NCBI GenBank assembly: GCA_965230295.1 | Contig: OZ246001.1 | Span: 2,112,001 to 2,176,000 of the forward strand | Length of the DNA stretch: 64,000 nucleotides | Reading direction: 5' to 3' | DNA from: Marinicella sp. | GTDB lineage: Bacteria > Pseudomonadota > Gammaproteobacteria > Xanthomonadales > Marinicellaceae | Shown: positions 57,777 to 64,000 of the stretch, in pieces | How positions within the stretch are numbered: position 1 is the first letter of the stretch | How the letters are laid out: each line of letters begins with the position of its first letter | Notes under the pieces: model-generated | The model's database searches: none | Told to the model about the DNA's origin: nothing | What the model saw: the letters and a program-made list of their open reading frames with translations, nothing else | Made by a program: the position numbers and the translations under genes

Positions 57777-58331
57777 TCATGACTTTACACGGATTGGACC
57801 TTGTTTTTCGGGGATTTTGCCTTTGATGTTTTCAAAAAATGCACGGATGATTTTCATGTCTTCATGGATGTCACCTGAAGGCATAAAGGCATTGCCCAGT
57901 TTTACAATTTTGTTGCCGAAATCCAAAGTCCCCATGGCGATTGGAACCCCTGCTTTATGGGCGATGTGGTAAAACCCTGATTTCCAGTATTCCAGATAAG
58001 AACGTGTGCCTTCTGGTGACATGGCCAGGATCAATTTGTCTCTGCTGTTGAAATGCTTGACCATTTGATCAACCATGTTGAGTTTTTTCTTGCGGTAAAC
58101 CGGTATGCCTCCCAAGGCTCGAAAAAACCAACCAAAAGGTGAATCAAAGAGTGCCCCTTTACCCAAATAATTGAGTTTCAGGTTTTGTGAAAACTTGGCC
58201 ATCAAACCCAGCGGAAAGTCCCAATTGCTGGTATGAGGAGCAGCAATCAATACATACTTTTTCTCATCGGGTAAGTCATTGATGACTTTCCAGCCTAGAA
58301 TTTTCAGGATAAATTTTGCTACCCAAGTCAT
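57777..58331 (-). CDS. Lysophospholipid/1-acyl-sn-glycerol-3-phosphate acyltransferase family
   Basis: APHTSNWD, PEGTR, WKSGFYHIA. Confidence 0.9.
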   Translation of the reverse strand: MTWVAKFILKILGWKVINDLPDEKKYVLIAAPHTSNWDFPLGLMAKFSQNLKLNYLGKGALFDSPFGWFFRALGGIPVYRKKKLNMVDQMVKHFNSRDKLILAMSPEGTRSYLEYWKSGFYHIAHKAGVPIAMGTLDFGNKIVKLGNAFMPSGDIHEDMKIIRAFFENIKGKIPEKQGPIRVKS

Positions 58332-58333
58332 GC

Positions 58334-60382
58334 TTATTCCTCAAAAGGCTCGGTGTTAGATGCCACCATGGTCAAAATGTCATAGGCAGCCACCACTTCA
58401 TCTTCTTGGTTAGTAGCCTGTAAATCCCACCTGACTTCACCATAGCCTTTGCCTCTGCGGTAAGATTTTTGTTTACAGGTCAATTGAATGGTGATCACAT
58501 CACCGGGGTAAACCGGTTCGGTAAATCGCAGGTCATCGAGTCCATAATTGGCGAGCACGGGCCCTTCCTCAGGGTAAACAAACAAACCGGCGGCCATTGA
58601 AACGATGAAATAACCATGAGCCACACGACCATCAAAAAATGGATTTCGAGCGGCTGCATCCTCATCCATATGGGCATAAAAATGATCACCAGACAAGTCA
58701 GCAAATTGTTCGATGTCGGCCAAAGTGATTTCCCTGCTTTCGGTGGTGATGGCTTGCCCCACCATCAGTTCTTCATAATGTAACTTGAATGGGTGCTTTG
58801 GTGGTTGAGAGGTTTTTGCTTTGGGCATGTATTTCTCAGTTAGCTTCATCAAAGTGGTGGGTGAGCCCTGAATCGCTGTGCGTTGCATGTAGTGCTTGAC
58901 CCCACGTATACCGCCCATTTCTTCACCGCCACCGGCTCGACCAGGTCCGCCATGGATCAAATGTGGCAGGGGAGAACCATGGCCTGAAGATTCTTTGGCT
59001 GAATCACGGTTGATCAACACCATGCGACCATGGAAACAAGCGGTTTTATTCACCAACTCACAAACCGCATCGTCACTGTGGCCGAATATTGAACCCACCA
59101 AAGATCCCTGACCTAAATTGGCCAATCGAGCCGCTTCATCCAAAGTTTCGTATGGCATCAAAGTTGAAACCGGACCAAAGGCTTCGATGTCATGTGCTGC
59201 GTGGTTTTCTAATGGTTTGTGGTTGATCAGTAGCATGGGTGAGACAAAGGCGCCTTGTTGGTCATCACCACCAGTGACTTCCACATGTTCTGGATCACCA
59301 AACAACAAATCACAACTTTGTCTGAGTACAGCCACCCGCTCACGCACTTCTTGCTGCTGTGCCAAACTGGCCAAGGCTCCCATTTTAACGCCTTCTTGAC
59401 TGGGGTCTCCCACCACCACGCCGCGCAACTCTTGTTCAATGGCTGCTGCTACAGCACCTGTTAAAGGCTCAGGCACAATGGCGCGTCTGATGGCGGTACA
59501 TTTCTGTCCTGATTTGACCGTCATTTCTTTCACCACTTCTTTCACAAAATAATCAAACTCTGGCGTATCAGGTTTGGCATCAGGGGTCAATATGGAACAG
59601 TTCAAAGAATCAGCCTCCATGGTGAACCTAACCGCATTTTGGGTGATGTTTGGCTTGGATTTCAGGTACTGCCCCGTGCTGGCTGAACCCGTAAAAGCGA
59701 CCACGTCCTGACAGTCTAATAAATCCAATAACGGGCCAGTAGATCCACAAATTAATTGCACAGACCCTGGAGGTAATATGCCAGACTCTATCATCGCTTG
59801 AAACATCAGTTCAGTCAGGTATGCTGTATCCGATGCCGGCTTCACAATCGCCGGAACACCTGCCAATAAGGTGGGAGCCAGCTTTTCCAGCATGCCCCAA
59901 CAAGGGAAGTTAAAGGCGTTGATGTGGATGGCCACACCTTGTAAAGAGGTACAAATGTGTTGTGCCAAGAAACTGCCATTTTTTGAAATGTGTTCGGGTG
60001 CGCCGTCCAGCAGGATGTGATGATCAGGCATTTCTCTGCGGCCTTTCCCTGAATAAACAAACAAAGTGCCAATGCCGCCATCAATGTCTATCCATGAATC
60101 CAGTTTAGTGGCACCAGTGGCCGCGGACAATTGGTAAAATTCTTTTTTCCGTGACATCAAGTACAACGCCAACTCTTTGAGCATCAAGGCGCGGTCATGG
60201 AAGCTCATTTTGGCCAGGGCAGGCTGACCGACAGTTTTGGCATAATCCAGCATCCCGGCAAAATCTAATCCCGCACTGGAAATTTGTGCAATCGGTTGGC
60301 CATTGATGGCATGGTGGCAATTTTTAAATCCTTCAGAGGCGGTGTGCCATTGTCCTTTGGCGTAACTTTTAAGTTGGTTCAT
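58334..60382 (-). CDS. paaZ: Phenylacetate degradation bifunctional protein PaaZ (ALDH plus MaoC hydratase)
   Basis: HINAFNFP.WGMLEK, GQKCTAIRR, EAFGPV, GHGSPLP, SGDHFYAH, VAHGYF. Confidence 0.95.
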   Translation of the reverse strand: MNQLKSYAKGQWHTASEGFKNCHHAINGQPIAQISSAGLDFAGMLDYAKTVGQPALAKMSFHDRALMLKELALYLMSRKKEFYQLSAATGATKLDSWIDIDGGIGTLFVYSGKGRREMPDHHILLDGAPEHISKNGSFLAQHICTSLQGVAIHINAFNFPCWGMLEKLAPTLLAGVPAIVKPASDTAYLTELMFQAMIESGILPPGSVQLICGSTGPLLDLLDCQDVVAFTGSASTGQYLKSKPNITQNAVRFTMEADSLNCSILTPDAKPDTPEFDYFVKEVVKEMTVKSGQKCTAIRRAIVPEPLTGAVAAAIEQELRGVVVGDPSQEGVKMGALASLAQQQEVRERVAVLRQSCDLLFGDPEHVEVTGGDDQQGAFVSPMLLINHKPLENHAAHDIEAFGPVSTLMPYETLDEAARLANLGQGSLVGSIFGHSDDAVCELVNKTACFHGRMVLINRDSAKESSGHGSPLPHLIHGGPGRAGGGEEMGGIRGVKHYMQRTAIQGSPTTLMKLTEKYMPKAKTSQPPKHPFKLHYEELMVGQAITTESREITLADIEQFADLSGDHFYAHMDEDAAARNPFFDGRVAHGYFIVSMAAGLFVYPEEGPVLANYGLDDLRFTEPVYPGDVITIQLTCKQKSYRRGKGYGEVRWDLQATNQEDEVVAAYDILTMVASNTEPFEE

Positions 60383-60585
60383 GTCTTTTCTAGTCTCGGT
60401 GATAACACTTATTTACTCAGAGGTTGATGGTGCATTTGGTGCCAGCTGATAAGTCGTTGTTGGCTGGCTGGCTAAGCATTTATTAGCATCGCAGGATTAT
60501 AACATGGTGACATAAATCTGGGTTAAGATAGTTAGCGCCTCCACATGGGGTTTCATTTCATTGTATTAACTGATAAAAATACCAC

Positions 60586-63500
60586 ATGACTGAAAATAAC
60601 AATCACAATCATAAAACCTATAAAAGGGGAGAAAGCAGTCACTTTCAGGTTGTTCTGCTGGCTTGTACTTTGGTGCTGTTATTCATGAGTGATTTGCGAG
60701 CCGAAGTCACCAATCAAAAATATGTCAACATCACTCGATATGATGTTTATGAAGGGTTGGCCGGTAATAAAGTGACGCACATCGAACAGGATGAAGCCGG
60801 GTATATGTGGTTTGCCACCCACAGTGGGCTCAGTCGCTTTGACAGTCAGGCATTTCAGAATTTTAAGCAAGATACACTGGCGGCTGATGTATTGCCAGCC
60901 AATGAGATTTCTTTAATCCATGGAACCTCCACTGACATTTGGCTCAGCTTGAATGACGTAGGATTGGCCCGCTACAAACGCCAAGAAAATTTGTTTCAAC
61001 TGATTCCTGTGGGTGAAGGCATCACTGACGGGATTGAACATCCGGTGGTCTTTGCCATCAATTCAGATGCCAAAGGCCGGGTTTGGATCTTTCAATTTGA
61101 TCATGGGATATCAATCTATGACCCCACCACTGATCAGTATGAACACCTTCGACCAGACAACACTGATTGGCTGTCTTCAGTGCGATTTTTTGATGCCAAA
61201 TCTGATCAAAAAGATCAGTTGTGGGTGGCATCGTTAGAAGGGCAAATCATAAGAATCGATCCGCAAAATGGTTCGGCCAAAACTTACTACATTGATTACC
61301 CATTGGATGATCAAAAAATGGGCAGAATGTATAGTTTAACGGTTGGACGCAACAATCAAATTTATGCATCAGGTTATCAAGGCGTGTATGTCTTCAATGA
61401 AGCTTCTGACCAATTCGACCTATTGATCAGCGCACAAAACATCATTGATTTGATGGGTGAACGATTGACCGCCAGAAGTTTGACCAGTGATTCAGCGGGT
61501 AATTTATGGCTGGCCACTCGCAAGGGATTGATCTTGTTCAGGAACAACCAGATCATTCCTTTGAGGTTTTTACAGCGGGGCAAGCCACAGAATCTTGATT
61601 TCAATGTCCGTTCAATCTATGAAGACAGAGAATTCAACTTATGGGTTGCGACCGATAAGAATGGAGTGATTAAACTGAGCCATGATTGGGACTCATTTGA
61701 TATTTATTTGCCTTTCAGGGACACCAATCTGATGGATAACAACATCAAAGAAGTTTTAAGTGATCATGCTTTATTGGATGATTCCTTTTGGATTTATAAT
61801 GAGGGTGCTGAAAGCCTGAACGTTTTCAGGTATCAAAAAGGACTGCTAAATTTAAATCAATATTACGATCAATCTCATCAGTTGCCAGATACTGTTTTGG
61901 ATTTGTTCCAGGATCAAGACTACCGGTTATGGGTGACCGCAGTCTCCGGTTTGTTTTATTTTGATCAAGCATTGCGACAGTTTGTTCAAGTTGAAGATGA
62001 ACTGATGCATGGGGGCATCACCGAGATTTTTGAGTCAAATGACGCCCTTTATTTAGCTGTCTATGGTGAGACAGAGTTATACCGGGTCAGCAAACTTGAC
62101 TTGAGTGTCAGTCAACATGAGAACCAATTGCTCAATGACGTGTTGAATAACCAGGAATTGGGTCCCGAAGGACAATACTGGCTGGTCGGTAATCGCGGTC
62201 TTGAGGTCTTCAATCCGGCCACCGCAGAAGCCACCACCTTGATCAGTTCAACAGAAGGGTTTCAAGACATCGCCATAGACCAGGAACAAAGTACAGTTTG
62301 GTTGTTGTCCAATGGACGGCTGTTTAAATACAATTATGTTGAAGGTGGTTTGATCAATCAAGACACCAGTGCCATCAACGCTCAAATTTCTACTGATTTT
62401 GCAGATCACATCAATATCATCGATCAACAACTGTGGTTGTCGGCTGAAAATGGATTGATTGTGATTGATCCAGAAACCAACACCTTAACCAAAAGGTTGT
62501 CGGTGGCTGAAAGTTTGCCCAGCAATGAAATAGTTGCAGTAGAAAAGTTATATGACCAGTCCATCATGGTCTTTACCAAAGCTGGAATTGTGCAAATCAA
62601 TGGAGATGTTGTAAGCAGTGAAATGACCCAACCACAGATTAATATGCTCTCTGTGATGTTGAATGACAGCACCGCATTATCCAACCATCCTCTGGATTTT
62701 AATTATGGCAGTCTGACTTTTGCGTATCAGTTGATGTCTTTCAACAACCCTGGCAGTCATTCTTACCAATATCGGCTGCAAGCAGATGCCTCTTGGGAAG
62801 ATGTCAAAGGTCAAAACAACCTGACTTTTCACCAACTACCAACAGGCCAATATGAATTTTCAGTCAGGGGCAAAACATCCAAAAGTGCCTGGTCGGAACC
62901 AGTATCAATATCGTTTGATGTGGCAGCAGCACCATGGAAGACGACTCAAGCGTATGGATTGTATGTTTTAACAGGCTTGTTGATATTGGGTGTTGTGTTT
63001 TACATATTCCGTAAACGCTGGCAATACAATGCCAGGATTTCCTACGCAACTGAAAAACAAGCCTTTGCCGAGAATCAGCTCTCATTAACCACATCTTTGG
63101 TAACCGCTTTAGATACGGCTCAATTGTTAGAAAAGATCAAGCAACAAATCAGTGCAAAAATCAGGGTCGATGAGGTGGAAGTCTGTTACTGGAACAGCCA
63201 AAATAATTATCAGATATTCAGTGATCAAAATTTAACCACCACGGAACAAAATGAACTGGGTGCTCGAGCACTGAAAATGTTTCAAGCAAACACCAGACAT
63301 TTCATTGAAAAAACTGAATTGGGAGACATTTTATGGGTCATGTTCAGCCATTCACAAGAACGATTGGGTTTGGTTAAACTGTTTCGCAGTCAGGGTGTTT
63401 TCAATGTCAGTGACATCAGCTTGGCACAAGCCTATGCCACGCAGTCATCATTGGCACTAGAAAACGCACGGCTATTTGAAGCGGTGAACGACCTGGCTGA

Positions 63501-64000
63501 ACAAGCCAATGCCTCTAATCAAGCCAAAAGTGATTTTCTGGCACAGGTGTCGCATGAAATTCGAACCCCAATGAATGGTATCTTGGGTATGAATGAATTG
63601 TTGATCGGCACTGAGCTGACTGAAGAACAGCGAATCTATGCCATGGCAGTGGCTGAGTCAGGAGAACATTTGTTACACATCATCAATGATATTCTGGACT
63701 TATCTAAAATTGAATCCGGGGAGTTGACCTTAGAAATTAGGCCTGTTAATTTGGTCTCATTGATGGACCAAATCAGTAAGTCATTCGTATCAGCCAGTGG
63801 CAAAAAGAAACTGACTTTCTGGGTTGATATCGATCCATCTTTGCCTATACAACGCATGGCAGATTCAGTGCGGTTGAAACAAATCATCATGAACTTACTG
63901 AGCAATGCTTTTAAATTCACCCACAAAGGACAAGTGTCAGCTGTACTCAAACCTGGAGAGAATGACGATGTTTTGTTCACTGTAAATGACAGTGGTATTG
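60586..64000 (+). CDS. Sensor histidine kinase with periplasmic beta-propeller/Y_Y_Y sensor and GAF-like region (partial, runs off window)
   Basis: [84 protein letters not shown]; absent from the ORF track because it has no stop in the window. Confidence 0.93.
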   Translation, partial: MTENNNHNHKTYKRGESSHFQVVLLACTLVLLFMSDLRAEVTNQKYVNITRYDVYEGLAGNKVTHIEQDEAGYMWFATHSGLSRFDSQAFQNFKQDTLAADVLPANEISLIHGTSTDIWLSLNDVGLARYKRQENLFQLIPVGEGITDGIEHPVVFAINSDAKGRVWIFQFDHGISIYDPTTDQYEHLRPDNTDWLSSVRFFDAKSDQKDQLWVASLEGQIIRIDPQNGSAKTYYIDYPLDDQKMGRMYSLTVGRNNQIYASGYQGVYVFNEASDQFDLLISAQNIIDLMGERLTARSLTSDSAGNLWLATRKGLILFRNNQIIPLRFLQRGKPQNLDFNVRSIYEDREFNLWVATDKNGVIKLSHDWDSFDIYLPFRDTNLMDNNIKEVLSDHALLDDSFWIYNEGAESLNVFRYQKGLLNLNQYYDQSHQLPDTVLDLFQDQDYRLWVTAVSGLFYFDQALRQFVQVEDELMHGGITEIFESNDALYLAVYGETELYRVSKLDLSVSQHENQLLNDVLNNQELGPEGQYWLVGNRGLEVFNPATAEATTLISSTEGFQDIAIDQEQSTVWLLSNGRLFKYNYVEGGLINQDTSAINAQISTDFADHINIIDQQLWLSAENGLIVIDPETNTLTKRLSVAESLPSNEIVAVEKLYDQSIMVFTKAGIVQINGDVVSSEMTQPQINMLSVMLNDSTALSNHPLDFNYGSLTFAYQLMSFNNPGSHSYQYRLQADASWEDVKGQNNLTFHQLPTGQYEFSVRGKTSKSAWSEPVSISFDVAAAPWKTTQAYGLYVLTGLLILGVVFYIFRKRWQYNARISYATEKQAFAENQLSLTTSLVTALDTAQLLEKIKQQISAKIRVDEVEVCYWNSQNNYQIFSDQNLTTTEQNELGARALKMFQANTRHFIEKTELGDILWVMFSHSQERLGLVKLFRSQGVFNVSDISLAQAYATQSSLALENARLFEAVNDLAEQANASNQAKSDFLAQVSHEIRTPMNGILGMNELLIGTELTEEQRIYAMAVAESGEHLLHIINDILDLSKIESGELTLEIRPVNLVSLMDQISKSFVSASGKKKLTFWVDIDPSLPIQRMADSVRLKQIIMNLLSNAFKFTHKGQVSAVLKPGENDDVLFTVNDSGI

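Overview
A 64-kb, roughly 44% GC, gene-dense chromosomal segment of a marine gammaproteobacterium. The gene repertoire suggests a Marinicella/Xanthomonadales-like lineage, which is inference only. About 60 CDS are present: housekeeping genes (pyrC, glyA-nusB-thiL-pgpA, hemJ, bactofilin-erpA-nudC-mutM, rep, L31 type B, gltA, rsmJ, gshA, nhaB, pal-cpoB-queE-queC, paaZ), small accessory regulons (SoxR with two VOC genes, PadR with a secreted protease, ECF sigma/anti-sigma/DUF4252, membrane LytTR with a YHS protein) and large secreted or sensor proteins. I see no prophage, CRISPR, rRNA, tRNA or transposase. The most unusual signal is non-coding. A 150-bp element (1812-1961) reappears at 55563-56196 as a 634-bp version in which the same six sequence blocks are separated by five hairpin inserts of two alternating types: GNA-triloop modules and CsrA-type GGA hairpins. 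Two solo copies of its left end occur elsewhere. Other notable points: mosaic clusters of four unrelated REP-like families, a probable non-canonical ATC start for thiL (and no canonical start for the full rsmJ frame), clean absence of nrdR-rib genes between glyA and nusB, pal detached from tolB, a structured sRNA candidate (42731-42846) and an internally deleted amidohydrolase remnant. Products were assigned by motif recognition; no searches were run.
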